DNA from: Aquificales bacterium
Lineage (GTDB): Bacteria > Aquificota > Aquificia > Aquificales > QOAS01
Direction of reading: 5' to 3'
DNA length: 64,000 nucleotides
NCBI GenBank assembly: GCA_027036735.1
Contig: JALWDU010000107.1
Coordinates: 1,037 to 65,036, forward strand
The translations under genes were made by a program, and so were the position numbers. Every line of letters starts with the position of its first letter. Position 1 is the stretch's first letter. Shown piece by piece: positions 37,243-47,714 of the stretch. Below the pieces are notes generated by a model, which did not search any database, was not told where the DNA came from, and saw only the letters and a list, made by a program, of their open reading frames with translations.

Positions 37243-38061
37243 ATGTCGTCCCTCGAAAAGTTTTTGAGCGCCGTCAGGGAAAGGGTCGATAAGAAAATCG
37301 ACGAGCTGCTAAAGCCCTTCGAGCCGCAAATCCTCTACGAGGCTATGGTCTATTATCTGAAAAACGGGGGAAAGAGGATTCGCCCCGCCTTGGTGGCGAT
37401 GGGCGCTTACATAACGGGGGGGCACCCCGAAGACGCCATTACGGTTGGAACGGCTATCGAGTTTATACACAACTACTCCCTGATACACGACGACCTCCCG
37501 GCTATGGATAACGACGACTTCAGACGGGGGCAGCCCTCTTGCCACAAAAAATTTGGCGAAGACCTGGCTATTTTGGCGGGTGACGCCCTGCTCACCTACG
37601 CCTTTCAGATATTGAGCAAGAGGGAACTCTACAGAAACGTTTCCGCCGACCGCCTGCTCGATATTTCGAACTTAATAGCCCGCAAAGCGGGAATAGAGGG
37701 TATGGTCAAGGGGCAAGTTATGGATATCCGAAAGATTGGCGACCTGGAGGAGATAGCGAAATACAAAACGGCGGCGCTGATAGAGGCTTCCCTCGTATCG
37801 GGTGCCCTACTCGGTGAGGTTTCCGACGAAGAACTCTACCTCCTTTCGGAGATAGGTGAAAAGATAGGCATTCTCTTCCAGATAGTGGACGATATCTTGG
37901 ACAGGGAGGGCTTTTACACCCAATTTGGCGAAGAGGGTGCGAGGGAAATCGCCAAAACCTTCGCCTCTATGGCGGTTCAGCAGATAAGGGCTCTCGGAAA
38001 GCCGGAGAAGACCAAGCTCCTCGAGGAGTTCGTCTACTACCTGCTAAAGCGCGAAAAGTAA
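37243..38061 (+). CDS. Polyprenyl diphosphate synthase (FPP/GGPP synthase type)
   Basis: First and second Asp-rich motifs (HDDLPAMDNDDFRRG and QIVDDILD). Confidence 0.85.
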   Translation: MSSLEKFLSAVRERVDKKIDELLKPFEPQILYEAMVYYLKNGGKRIRPALVAMGAYITGGHPEDAITVGTAIEFIHNYSLIHDDLPAMDNDDFRRGQPSCHKKFGEDLAILAGDALLTYAFQILSKRELYRNVSADRLLDISNLIARKAGIEGMVKGQVMDIRKIGDLEEIAKYKTAALIEASLVSGALLGEVSDEELYLLSEIGEKIGILFQIVDDILDREGFYTQFGEEGAREIAKTFASMAVQQIRALGKPEKTKLLEEFVYYLLKREK

Positions 38062-38088
38062 CCCCCCGAAGGGGGCTTCTTCTTTCCC
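38062..38088 (+). terminator. Probable terminator hairpin
   Basis: CCCCC-GAA-GGGGG followed by a T/C-rich tail, directly after the stop at 38061. Confidence 0.45.
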
Positions 38089-38106
38089 CTTAAAATAGCA
38101 AATTTG

Positions 38107-39090
38107 ATGTTAAAGAAACCCAAAATTTCCGTTATCGGTAGCGGTAAAGTCGGGGAGAACGTAGCATACTACGCCGCCATAAAGGGTTTGGGGGATATAT
38201 ACCTCTTCGGGAGGGCTAAGGAGGGCATACACAAGGCTAAGGGTATAGCCTACGACATCAACGAAATGGTTTACCTCCTCGGGCACGACATAAAGGTGGA
38301 GGGGGTATCCTACAACGAGGAGGGTTGGGAGAAGCTATCGGACAGCGATATAGTTGTGATTACCGCCGGGGTTCCCCGCCGTCCCGGTATGAGCAGGGAA
38401 GACCTCCTTAAGGTTAACCTCGACCTGATAAAGTACTTTTCGGAGCAGATAAAACTTTACGCGCCCAACGCGATTGTTATAGTCGTCTCCAACCCCGTCG
38501 ATGTTTTGACCTACATGACCCTGAAGTTTACCGAATTTCCCAAGGAACGGGTTATGGGAATGGCGGGGGTCCTCGATACCGCCCGCATGAAGGAAGTCCT
38601 CTACAAAAAGGCGGAAAACGAGCTTAACAAGGTTTCAATTAAGGATATCAAAGCCCTCGTTTTGGGAACCCACGGCGACACCATGGTGCCGGTTCTCTCC
38701 AAGACCTTTATAGGGAACACCAATATACGTTTCCTCTTCGGTAGGAGGGATATAGAGGATATCGTCGAGAAGACCAAAAAGGGTGGCGGGATTATCGTCT
38801 CCTATATGGGGACGAGCGCCTATTCCGCCCCCGCCGCATCGGTTGTCGTAATGCTCGAGAGTATCGTTAAAGACCTGCACCGAATCTTACCCGCCTCCGT
38901 TTACGTGGAGGGTGAGGTCGCCGACTGGTTCGGTTTCGAGGACGTCTGCGTGGGTCTTCCGGTAATGTTGGGAAGAAAGGGGATAGAGGACTACGAGCTC
39001 GTCACCCTAAACGCCCGCGAGCTTAGGGAGCTCCAAAAGTCCGCCGCTCACGTCAAAAAGATGATAGAGTTGGCGAAGACATTGGTTTAG
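38107..39090 (+). CDS. mdh: Malate dehydrogenase (LDH-like MDH)
   Basis: ISVIGSGKVG Rossmann motif. GVPRRPGMSREDLL has Arg at the specificity position (MDH, not LDH). Start taken at ATG 38107; the track starts at TTG 38104. Confidence 0.85.
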   Translation: MLKKPKISVIGSGKVGENVAYYAAIKGLGDIYLFGRAKEGIHKAKGIAYDINEMVYLLGHDIKVEGVSYNEEGWEKLSDSDIVVITAGVPRRPGMSREDLLKVNLDLIKYFSEQIKLYAPNAIVIVVSNPVDVLTYMTLKFTEFPKERVMGMAGVLDTARMKEVLYKKAENELNKVSIKDIKALVLGTHGDTMVPVLSKTFIGNTNIRFLFGRRDIEDIVEKTKKGGGIIVSYMGTSAYSAPAASVVVMLESIVKDLHRILPASVYVEGEVADWFGFEDVCVGLPVMLGRKGIEDYELVTLNARELRELQKSAAHVKKMIELAKTLV

Positions 39091-39998
39091 AGTTTCGCCC
39101 AGCGGGTGCCCTCTTTGTCCGCCTCCAAAATCTCGTAGCGGGCGGGGATACCCATTTTCTTATACATCTCCACGCCGAAGCGCCCAATCTCGTCGGCATT
39201 TTTACGGGTGAATACCCCTATCGTCGAACCGCTACCGCTTATAAAAACGGCGTCGGCTCCCATCTTGTAAGCCTCTTCCTTAAAGGGTTCAAAACCGTGG
39301 AGCAATTTCCCCCTAAAGGGTTGGTGGAGTTTGTCCTCAACCGCAACGCGGAGGAGGTCGAAATCCTTCCTAACGAGGGCGGCTACCAGCAGCGAAGCCC
39401 TCTGAATGTTGAACACGGCATCCTTTAGCGAAACCATAGCGGGTAGGACAGCCCTCGCCTCCTCGGTGAGTATCTCAAATTCCGGAATCAAGACCAATAT
39501 TTGGAGCTCCTCGGGAAATTCCAACTTCTCGAAGTGGACTTCCTTACTTCCCTCCTCCGTTGCGGATATGGTAAATCCGCCCACCAAAGCGGGAACCAGG
39601 TTGTCGGCGTGACTTTCGAAGATAAAGGCTATTTCCAAAACCTCTTTGGGGGACAGGTTTAAGCCGTTTAGTTCCGCGGCGGTCAGTATTCCGCCCAGTA
39701 TGGCGGTTGCCGAACTTCCCAACCCCCTACCGAGGGGTATGCCGTTTTTCTGAACTACCCTTATCGGCCTATCCTCGACCCCCAGCTCCTGGCAAGCCCT
39801 TATGTAGGTTCGCAAGAAGAGGTTGTTTATATCGGTGGGGAGTTTGTCAGCTCCCTCCCCATAGACTTCTACCTCGAAGGCGTCGCTCTCCTCGATTTCA
39901 AAGGTGTTGTAGAGGGTAAGAGCCAAGCCGAAGGTATCGAACCCCGCCCCGAGGTTTGAGGTTGAGGCGGGAACTACAAGTTTTAACCTTTCGCCCAT
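39087..39998 (-). CDS. thrB: Homoserine kinase
   Basis: GHMP kinase motifs VPASTSNLGAGFD and GRGLGSSATA. 303 aa. Confidence 0.85.
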   Translation of the reverse strand: MGERLKLVVPASTSNLGAGFDTFGLALTLYNTFEIEESDAFEVEVYGEGADKLPTDINNLFLRTYIRACQELGVEDRPIRVVQKNGIPLGRGLGSSATAILGGILTAAELNGLNLSPKEVLEIAFIFESHADNLVPALVGGFTISATEEGSKEVHFEKLEFPEELQILVLIPEFEILTEEARAVLPAMVSLKDAVFNIQRASLLVAALVRKDFDLLRVAVEDKLHQPFRGKLLHGFEPFKEEAYKMGADAVFISGSGSTIGVFTRKNADEIGRFGVEMYKKMGIPARYEILEADKEGTRWAKL

Positions 39999-40028
39999 GG
40001 GTCATTAATTTATCCCCGAAGGGGGTTT

Positions 40029-40050
40029 GCTTAACAATTTCTTAACAATT
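40029..40050. repeat. Tandem 11-bp repeat CTTAACAATT(T/C) x2 in the thrB/ppsA divergent spacer
   Basis: CTTAACAATT at 40029-40038 and 40040-49, one helical turn apart. Confidence 0.5.
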
Positions 40051-40184
40051 CGGTTAAAATCTTTCCGCTAAAAGGCTATGGAGCTGTTTATCCCCACCCC
40101 TTTTGGGGCTTTTGAAGTGCGCTTAGCAAGCGGTCTCTTATACCTTCCCACCTTTAAAATTGAAACCCTTGGCGGAGGTTTGTA

Positions 40185-42758
40185 ATGGCTACCGTGGATA
40201 AATCCAAGGCTTACGTCCTCTGGTTTAAGGATGTCGGTATAGAGGACATCCCCCTCGTCGGCGGTAAGGCGGCGTCCCTCGGAGAGATGATAAAGGCTCT
40301 CACCCCCTTGGGGGTTCAGATACCCGACGGCTTCGCCATAACGGCAAACGCCTATTGGTATTACATCGACTACAACAACTTGAGGGAGAAAATAGAAGAG
40401 GAACTTAAAGGTTTGAATATAGACGATATAGAAGACCTCGAGAGGAGGGCTTTCAGAATAAGGGAACTCATAAAGAGCGGGGAGTTTCCCGAAGACCTCG
40501 AAGAGGAAATTAGAAAGTTTTACTACGAATTGGGTCAAAAATACGGAATGGAGAATGTCGATGTGGCGGTTCGCTCCTCTTCCACCGCCGAAGACCTCCC
40601 CGACGCCTCCTTCGCCGGTCAGCAGGAGACCTATCTAAACGTGGTCGGCGCATCCTCCCTGCTTGTCCACGTCAAAAAGGCTTTCGCCTCCCTCTTTACG
40701 GCGAGGGCTATAGCCTACAGGGAAAAGTTTGGCTTCGACCACTTTAAGGTGGCTCTCGCTATAGCGGTTCAGAAGATGGTGCGCTCCGACCTGGGCGCGT
40801 CGGGCGTTATGTTTACCCTCGACACCGAAAGCGGATTTAGGGATGTGGTTCTCATAAACGCCATTTACGGTCTCGGCGAAATGATTGTCGGCGGGCACGT
40901 CATTCCCGACGAGTATCTGGTATTCAAACCCACCTTCAAACAGGGCTATCAGGCTATCATCGAGAAGAAGCTCGGCAAAAAAGACCTGAAAATGGTCTAT
41001 GGAGCGGGCGAGGAGAGGGTAAAAATAGTTCCCGTTCCCCTAGAGGAGCAAAAGCAGTTCGCCCTAACCGACGAGGAGATTCTCACCCTCGCCGATTGGG
41101 CTATAAAGATAGAGGAGTATTACACCAAGAAGAGGGGTCAGTACACCCCTATGGATATAGAGTGGGCTAAGGACGGTCAGCTCAATCAGCTCTTCGTAGT
41201 CCAAGCCCGCCCAGAAACGGTAGTTTCGAGGAGAAACCCCAACATCGTTAAGGTTTACAGGATTAAAACCCCCGAAGAGGAGAGGAGGAAGAGAGTCCTC
41301 GTTAAGGGTATAGCGGTAGGCGACAAGATAGGTGCGGGTAAGGTGAGGGTTCTCCACTCCCTAGAGGAGGCTAAGGACTTCCAGCCGGGTGAGATTTTGG
41401 TTACCGACATCACCGACCCCGACTGGGAACCGGTAATGAAGAAGGCGGCGGCAATCGTAACCAACAGGGGTGGAAGGACTGCCCACGCCGCCATAGTCGC
41501 GAGGGAGCTCGGCATTCCCGCGGTGGTGGGAACCGGCAACGCCACCGAAGTGCTAAAGACCGGTCAGGAGGTAACCGTCTCCTGCGCGGAGGGAGAGGTC
41601 GGCTACGTTTACGACGGCATTCTCGACTTCGAGGTTGAGGAGGTCGACCTAACCAAGATAGAGAAACCTAAGAGGACTAAAATATTGGTCAATGTAGCAA
41701 ACCCCAACACCGTTTTCAGATACGCCTACCTGCCGGTCGACGGCGTCGGTCTGGCGAGGGAGGAGTTCATTATCAACAACTACATCAAAATTCACCCGCT
41801 GGCGCTCCTGCACTTCGAAGACATCAAAGAGCTTTACAGAAAGTTAAAGGAAGCCGGTCTGGTCGACCCCAAAGGTTGGGTTCAGTTTAGGGCAATCTAC
41901 GCCTTTGCAAACGGCAAACTCAAGGATAAGCTCGCTCTGGGTAAGGACAGCAGAAGGATAAACCTAAAGAGGTTGATAGAGCAAATCGAAGAGCTAACCT
42001 TCGGATACGAGGATAAGATAGCCTATTACGTTAAAAAGCTCTCCTACGGCGTGGCAAAAATAGCCGCCGCGTTCTACCCCAACCCGGTAATTGTGAGGTT
42101 CTCCGACTTCAAATCGAACGAATACGCCAACCTGATAGGCGGACAGCTCTTCGAACCGGAAGAGGAAAACCCGATGCTCGGCTTCAGGGGTGCGTCGAGG
42201 TATTACTCCAGGATATTCAAGGAAGCCTTCGGAATGGAGATTAAGGCTATGCTCCGTGTCCGCAACAAGATGGGTCTGAAAAACGCCATTGTGATGATAC
42301 CCTTCTGCCGCACCCCCGAGGAGGGTAAGAGAGTCCTCGAGGTTATGAAGGAATACGGAATGGAAAAGGGTAAGGACGACTTGCAGGTCTACGTAATGGC
42401 GGAACTACCTTCCAACGTGTTCCTGGCAGACCAATACGCCCAGGTTTTCGACGGCTTTTCGATAGGTTCCAACGACCTCACCCAGCTAACCCTCGGTCTC
42501 GACAGGGATAGCGGATTGGTCGCATACCTTTACGACGAGAGAAACGAGGCGGTAAAGAGGGCTATCCACCACATCATAAAGACCGCCAAGGAATACGGAA
42601 AGAAGGTGGGCATTTGCGGTCAGGCACCCTCCGACTTCCCCGAATTCGCCGCATGGCTGGTCGAGGAGGGTATCGATACCATTTCGATAAACCCCGACGC
42701 CGTTTTGAAGGTCATCCAAACGGTGGTTAACAAGGAAAAAGAGATGGGTATTCACTAA
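40185..42758 (+). CDS. ppsA: Phosphoenolpyruvate synthase (pyruvate, water dikinase)
   Basis: 857 aa. Has an ATP-grasp N-domain, a phospho-His swivel domain (GGRTAHAAIVARELGIPAVVG) and a C-terminal PEP-utilising domain (GSNDLTQ). Confidence 0.9.
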   Translation: MATVDKSKAYVLWFKDVGIEDIPLVGGKAASLGEMIKALTPLGVQIPDGFAITANAYWYYIDYNNLREKIEEELKGLNIDDIEDLERRAFRIRELIKSGEFPEDLEEEIRKFYYELGQKYGMENVDVAVRSSSTAEDLPDASFAGQQETYLNVVGASSLLVHVKKAFASLFTARAIAYREKFGFDHFKVALAIAVQKMVRSDLGASGVMFTLDTESGFRDVVLINAIYGLGEMIVGGHVIPDEYLVFKPTFKQGYQAIIEKKLGKKDLKMVYGAGEERVKIVPVPLEEQKQFALTDEEILTLADWAIKIEEYYTKKRGQYTPMDIEWAKDGQLNQLFVVQARPETVVSRRNPNIVKVYRIKTPEEERRKRVLVKGIAVGDKIGAGKVRVLHSLEEAKDFQPGEILVTDITDPDWEPVMKKAAAIVTNRGGRTAHAAIVARELGIPAVVGTGNATEVLKTGQEVTVSCAEGEVGYVYDGILDFEVEEVDLTKIEKPKRTKILVNVANPNTVFRYAYLPVDGVGLAREEFIINNYIKIHPLALLHFEDIKELYRKLKEAGLVDPKGWVQFRAIYAFANGKLKDKLALGKDSRRINLKRLIEQIEELTFGYEDKIAYYVKKLSYGVAKIAAAFYPNPVIVRFSDFKSNEYANLIGGQLFEPEEENPMLGFRGASRYYSRIFKEAFGMEIKAMLRVRNKMGLKNAIVMIPFCRTPEEGKRVLEVMKEYGMEKGKDDLQVYVMAELPSNVFLADQYAQVFDGFSIGSNDLTQLTLGLDRDSGLVAYLYDERNEAVKRAIHHIIKTAKEYGKKVGICGQAPSDFPEFAAWLVEEGIDTISINPDAVLKVIQTVVNKEKEMGIH

Positions 42759-42765
42759 AACCTAT

Positions 42766-42796
42766 CCCCCGCCTTCGGCGGGGACAATTTTATTTT
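42766..42796 (+). terminator. Rho-independent terminator after ppsA
   Basis: CCCCCGCC-TTC-GGCGGGG hairpin followed by ACAATTTTATTTTTAT. Confidence 0.65.
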
Positions 42797-42797
42797 T

Positions 42798-43898
42798 ATG
42801 CAACTCTTAAGTTCTCAACTCCTCAAGAAGCTGGACGCGGTCGAAAAGAAATATACGGAGCTCCAGTTCAAACTATCCCAACCGGAGGTCTTTCAAAATC
42901 CTAAGGAGTTTCAAAAGCTCTCGAAGGAACTAAACGCTTTGGAAGAACTTTATAAAACCTATCAGGAGTATAAAAAGGCTTTGGAACGCTACGGGGAGGC
43001 TAAGGAGATACTCCAATCGGGGGACGAGGAACTCAAAGACCTCGCAAAGGAGGAGATTAGGGAACTCGAACCGCTTTTGGAGGAGTTGGCTCAAAGGCTT
43101 AAGGTTTTGCTCCTACCCAAGGACAAGAGGGACAGCAAGAACGTTATTCTCGAGATAAGGGCGGGTGTCGGCGGGGAGGAGGCGGCTCTCTTTGCGGCGG
43201 ATTTGCTCCGCATGTATCAGCGCTACGCCGAGGAAAAGGGCTGGAAGTTCCAAATTCTCGACTCCAACAAGACCGGTTTGGGCGGCTACAAGGAGGTTAT
43301 AGTCCTCATAGAGGGTAAAGATGTCTATTCCCACCTGAAGTATGAGAGCGGAGTCCACCGCGTTCAGAGGGTACCGGTGACCGAGTCGGGGGGTAGAATC
43401 CACACCTCGACGGCTACCGTTGCGGTTCTCCCCGAGGTCGAGGAAGCGGAGGTCGAGATTAACCCCTCCGACCTGCGTATAGAGACCTTTAGGGCGAGTG
43501 GTGCGGGCGGTCAATATGTAAATACCACCGAGACCGCCGTTAGGATAACCCATATTCCTACCGGCATAGTGGTGCAGTGTCAGGACGAGCGCTCCCAATT
43601 TCAGAACAAACAAAAGGCGCTAAAAATTTTGAGGGCTAAGCTTAAGCAGTTTTACGAACAGCAGCAACTCGAGGAGATAACAAAGGAACGCCGCGAGCAG
43701 GTGGGTCACGGAGACCGCTCGGAGAAGATAAGGACTTACAACTTCCCCCAAAACAGGGTGACCGACCACAGGATAAACCTTACCCTCCACAAGCTCGACC
43801 AAATAATGGAGGGTAAGCTGGATGAACTGATAGAGGCGCTGCAGCAATACGAACAACAGCAAAAGTTGAGAGAATTGGAGGAGAGCCTAACCGGTTGA
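42798..43898 (+). CDS. prfA: Peptide chain release factor 1
   Basis: GGQ motif ([19 protein letters not shown]) and a PVT tripeptide (RVPVTES) specific for RF1. Confidence 0.9.
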   Translation: MQLLSSQLLKKLDAVEKKYTELQFKLSQPEVFQNPKEFQKLSKELNALEELYKTYQEYKKALERYGEAKEILQSGDEELKDLAKEEIRELEPLLEELAQRLKVLLLPKDKRDSKNVILEIRAGVGGEEAALFAADLLRMYQRYAEEKGWKFQILDSNKTGLGGYKEVIVLIEGKDVYSHLKYESGVHRVQRVPVTESGGRIHTSTATVAVLPEVEEAEVEINPSDLRIETFRASGAGGQYVNTTETAVRITHIPTGIVVQCQDERSQFQNKQKALKILRAKLKQFYEQQQLEEITKERREQVGHGDRSEKIRTYNFPQNRVTDHRINLTLHKLDQIMEGKLDELIEALQQYEQQQKLRELEESLTG

Positions 43899-44723
43899 GG
43901 CTACATTAAAGTCTATTAAACCGGTTGAGGTATCCATAACGGTTTCCAACAATATGGCTTTTTCCACCCCTATCTTTTCGAGGTAGGATTTAACGAAATA
44001 CCGTCCTTTCATGGGAAAATTCAAAAATACATCTACGCTCCGGGGAATATACTTAAAAATTTCTGCAAACTCCACCTGGTAAATATTTAGCGCGTCGAAA
44101 ATATAAACGTAATCGGGAATTACTAAGGGAACATCCTCCAATGCGGCAGATAGTTGCATAATATCCTCATAGAGCTCCTTCTGTATGGCTAACCCGTTTT
44201 TGTGCTTGAGCATGTATGCCAGGGGATTTTCAACGGTCAGAATAACCTTTCCGCCCTTTTCGAGGATGTAGTTAAAGATTTCACCTATGAGGGTGGCGTT
44301 TACGAACCAATCCTCGCCGTGGACGACGTATATTTTTCCCTTTTCGTGGTAGATAACTTCGGCAAGCTTTTCGAATTTAGTTGGATTCTGAAAAAATTCT
44401 TCCGGAGGCGGGGGATTAAACGGCACCCTTAGCAGGGAAAGGTAATAGGCATTTCTCTGCATTCCGTAGATAACCCTTATTCTTCCCATATCTCTATAGG
44501 CGAATGTAAAAACTCCCCTCTTTCCGAGTGCGCCCACTTTACCGGCTAATTCCCTAAGATATATCAATACCCCTTTGACTTCATCAGGTGTGGTGGGTTT
44601 ATCCCTTAAAGGGATGAGACCTTCCTTTGTTCTAACCTTCGGAGGCGCCCCGGGAACGATGAGAACCTCAATAAAGTAATTCTCCTCCGTGAGGAAATCC
44701 AATAGAAACTTTGCCAAGCTCAT
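43887..44723 (-). CDS. PilT-like protein with degenerate ATPase motifs
   Basis: N-terminal PilT-like block ([17 protein letters not shown] ... [22 protein letters not shown]). The Walker A position reads GEDWFVNAT, the Asp box reads TVENPLA and the Walker B region reads YIFDALN. Confidence 0.5.
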   Translation of the reverse strand: MSLAKFLLDFLTEENYFIEVLIVPGAPPKVRTKEGLIPLRDKPTTPDEVKGVLIYLRELAGKVGALGKRGVFTFAYRDMGRIRVIYGMQRNAYYLSLLRVPFNPPPPEEFFQNPTKFEKLAEVIYHEKGKIYVVHGEDWFVNATLIGEIFNYILEKGGKVILTVENPLAYMLKHKNGLAIQKELYEDIMQLSAALEDVPLVIPDYVYIFDALNIYQVEFAEIFKYIPRSVDVFLNFPMKGRYFVKSYLEKIGVEKAILLETVMDTSTGLIDFNVASTG

Positions 44724-44767
44724 AACCTATCTATTTTTCCAGCGGAGGTTCTAAATATAAACTCCCT

Positions 44768-45580
44768 ATGCGGTTTCTTATCGTCGGAGACATCATCGGA
44801 AACCCCGGAAGGAGGGCTTTGAAGAAATTTCTCTCCACCGAAGGTGAGGATTTGAAATACGACTTTTTGATAGTAAACGGCGAAAATGCCGCCGGCGGAT
44901 TTGGGATAACGAAAAAGGTCTATCAAACTTTAAAAGACCTCGGTGTGGATGTGATAACGACGGGAAACCACGTTTGGGATAAGAAGGAAACTTTTACCTT
45001 TATAGGTGAAACGAAAGACCTCCTCCGTCCGGCGAACTTCCCCGAAGGTGTCCCCGGCTTGGGTTGGAACATCTTCGACCGAAAGGGGTTAAAGATAGCG
45101 GTTATAAACCTCATGGGATTAACCTTTATGAACCCCTACCTGGAAAACCCCTTTTTGACCTTCGACAGGATATACGAGGAGATAAAACCGAGGGTGGACA
45201 TAGCGGTGGTCGACTTCCACGCCGAGGCTACCAGCGAAAAGCAGGCTTTCGGACTCTACGCCAAGGGGAGGGCGCAAATAGTCTTCGGCACCCACACCCA
45301 CGTGCCGACTGCGGATGAGTGGATTATCGAGGGTGAAACCGCCTATATCACCGATGTGGGAATGAGCGGGGTGAGGGATACCGTCATAGGGATGAACTTC
45401 AAGGAGTCCATAAGCCTCTACCTTACGGGGATAAAAAAGAAGTTCCACGTCCCCGACAAGGGAGATACCGTTTTCAACGCCCTCGTGGTGGATATCGACG
45501 AAAGTTCCCTAAAACCGGTAAAGGTGGAAAGAGTGCAGAGGTTTTACCCCTGGGAGGAGCTTAGGGGTTTGAGCGTTTAA
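44768..45580 (+). CDS. YmdB-like metallophosphoesterase (TIGR00282 family)
   Basis: MRFLIVGDIIGNPGR ... VNGENAAGGFGIT ... TGNHVWD is typical of YmdB. Confidence 0.8.
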   Translation: MRFLIVGDIIGNPGRRALKKFLSTEGEDLKYDFLIVNGENAAGGFGITKKVYQTLKDLGVDVITTGNHVWDKKETFTFIGETKDLLRPANFPEGVPGLGWNIFDRKGLKIAVINLMGLTFMNPYLENPFLTFDRIYEEIKPRVDIAVVDFHAEATSEKQAFGLYAKGRAQIVFGTHTHVPTADEWIIEGETAYITDVGMSGVRDTVIGMNFKESISLYLTGIKKKFHVPDKGDTVFNALVVDIDESSLKPVKVERVQRFYPWEELRGLSV

Positions 45581-46866
45581 CCCTTTAAGGAAAGCCCCTT
45601 CTCTATACACTTCGCGAGAGAACTGCCTCCCAAAAAGTTCGACAGAATTTCCAAATTGGTTTCCCTCCTCTTTAGCTCCTCGTAGAGTTTGTAAAACCTT
45701 CCGTACCCTACGGTGTATTGGGGAATCGACCTTTTCCACAACTTGAGTTTTTGAAATTTAATCTCCCCGATTTGGGGAAAGACCTTTCTTATCTCCCCTA
45801 CGGCGGTCTTTAGGACTTCCTCCTCCGATTGGTGGCAGACCTCCTTTTGGGTATCCCCGCAGAGGAAAACGCTTAAACAGTCCTCACCCGCGGGGCATCT
45901 GTTGGGAAAGAGTGAACTCACGTAGATGGCTCCCAAAATTTTTAAGCCCTCCACCTTGGGGACTAAAAAGCCAAATCCGTCCAAACCTATTTTGGGAAAC
46001 GCCAGGGATACGACCGCAACGGGTGGGTAGTGGATTTCTTTAAACGCCTCCGCGGGTGGGAAGACTTTTCTCAAAAGCTTCGCCGTTTCCCCTGCGGGGG
46101 TTGTAATTATTACCCTCTTACCCAAAAAGGTGCCCCTGTCGGTTAAGACCCTGTAAAGGTCTCCCTCCCTCTCTATCACCTCTGCGGAGGTGTTTAGTTC
46201 CTTGTTGGGAATTTTTTCCGCCAAGAGTTCTATTAAGGTTTTCAGACCCCCCTCAAAGGAGATAAGTTCCCCCTTGGGGGCTACCCTTTTTTCCTTTATA
46301 AAGGCTTTTAGGAGCGAACCGTAGCGCCTTTGTATCTCCCAGAGTTTGGGAAAGGCGTAGCGGAGGCTTAGCTTCTCGGCATCGCCGGCGTATATACCCG
46401 AAACGAAGGGTTGGACGAAATAGGTGAGAAATTCCTCACCAAAATGCTCCCTCACAAAGTTTGCTACACTTATATCCTCCACATCGAGGGGTTTTTTGAA
46501 GAGTTCCCCAAATAGGAGTAGTTTCGACTTTATACCCACCAGAGGTGTGGTTAAAAATTCCTGCGGCTTTAGGGGGATTGGTATCAAACTGCCACCTTTG
46601 TAGATATAGCGCTTTTGGGAGGAGGGCGAAGCCTTTTCGACGGGGGCTTTCAGTTCCTCTATAAGCTCCCAGACGGCGGGGTTGTTTGCCAAAATGGTTT
46701 GGGGTCCCTCTTCGAAGATGTATCCCGCTTCGCGGAGGGTCGAGATATTCCCGCCGAGGCGGGGACTTTTCTCTATTAGGAGAACCCTTTTCCCCTCCCG
46801 GGTCAGGCGGTAAGCCGCGACAAGCCCGGTTATTCCCCCGCCAATTACTATAACGTCGAAGGTCAT
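45577..46866 (-). CDS. hemY: Protoporphyrinogen/coproporphyrinogen oxidase (FAD-dependent, HemY type)
   Basis: FAD-binding DVIVIGGGITGLVAAYRL. Start taken at ATG (CAT 46864-46866); the track ORF begins at an upstream GTG (46908). Confidence 0.7.
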   Translation of the reverse strand: MTFDVIVIGGGITGLVAAYRLTREGKRVLLIEKSPRLGGNISTLREAGYIFEEGPQTILANNPAVWELIEELKAPVEKASPSSQKRYIYKGGSLIPIPLKPQEFLTTPLVGIKSKLLLFGELFKKPLDVEDISVANFVREHFGEEFLTYFVQPFVSGIYAGDAEKLSLRYAFPKLWEIQRRYGSLLKAFIKEKRVAPKGELISFEGGLKTLIELLAEKIPNKELNTSAEVIEREGDLYRVLTDRGTFLGKRVIITTPAGETAKLLRKVFPPAEAFKEIHYPPVAVVSLAFPKIGLDGFGFLVPKVEGLKILGAIYVSSLFPNRCPAGEDCLSVFLCGDTQKEVCHQSEEEVLKTAVGEIRKVFPQIGEIKFQKLKLWKRSIPQYTVGYGRFYKLYEELKRRETNLEILSNFLGGSSLAKCIEKGLSLKG

Positions 46867-46936
46867 AGGAGAGAATTGTCCTTTAAAAACGGTGAATTTC
46901 TCCCCCACCGTATTGGAGGTAACCTTTATCCCTTTA

Positions 46937-47707
46937 ATGGGTAAAGTGTTGGTTTTCGACGTCGACGGGGTAATAATCGATGTATCCCAAACCTATCACG
47001 TCGCGATTAAGGAGACCGCCGAGAGGTATATAGGTAAAGAAATCCCCCTGGAGGAGGTAAAGAGGTTGAAGTTCCGCTTTGGGATAAACAACGACTACTA
47101 CGCCACCTATGCGGTTATAGCGAATAAAAAATTCCGCGTGCCGGAGGAGGAAATCGTTAAACTCTCCAAGGAGTGCAAAAATGCGGTTGCCGAATGTATA
47201 AGGAAGAAGTTCAATATTCCCCTAAGTGTGGAGGAGGTAACCAATACCTTTATAGGAATCTTTGAAAAACTGAAAGACCGCGAGAGGCTCTTAATAGAAC
47301 CTTTCGTCTTCGAGTGGTTGAGGAAAAAGGGTTACAAGCTGGGGATTTTAACGGGAAGACCGGAAAGCGACCTCCTATACTCGTTTGAAAAATACAATCT
47401 CCTCGACAAGTTCGATGCGATAGTCCACGACGACACCTTAAGCGATATAACTCTAAAAAAACCGAACCCCTACGCGCTCAAATACACGTTGGAACTCCTC
47501 GGGGCGGATAAAGATACCGAAAAATACTATATAGGGGATACCGTTTCCGACCTCCGAATGGCGGAGGGTTACAAGGAGCAATACAACGATAGGAACCTCA
47601 CCTATGTCCACTGCAACTTTTCGGAAGACCACAAAAGGGAAAACCTCCGGGGGGATATAACCTTTTACGACCCCGAGGAGTTGAAAAATTTTCTGTTGGA
47701 ACTTTAA
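46937..47707 (+). CDS. HAD superfamily hydrolase
   Basis: Motif I VFDVDGVIID and a later GDTVSD motif. Start at MGKVLV (ATG 46937). Confidence 0.7.
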   Translation: MGKVLVFDVDGVIIDVSQTYHVAIKETAERYIGKEIPLEEVKRLKFRFGINNDYYATYAVIANKKFRVPEEEIVKLSKECKNAVAECIRKKFNIPLSVEEVTNTFIGIFEKLKDRERLLIEPFVFEWLRKKGYKLGILTGRPESDLLYSFEKYNLLDKFDAIVHDDTLSDITLKKPNPYALKYTLELLGADKDTEKYYIGDTVSDLRMAEGYKEQYNDRNLTYVHCNFSEDHKRENLRGDITFYDPEELKNFLLEL

Positions 47708-47714
47708 TTCCCCT

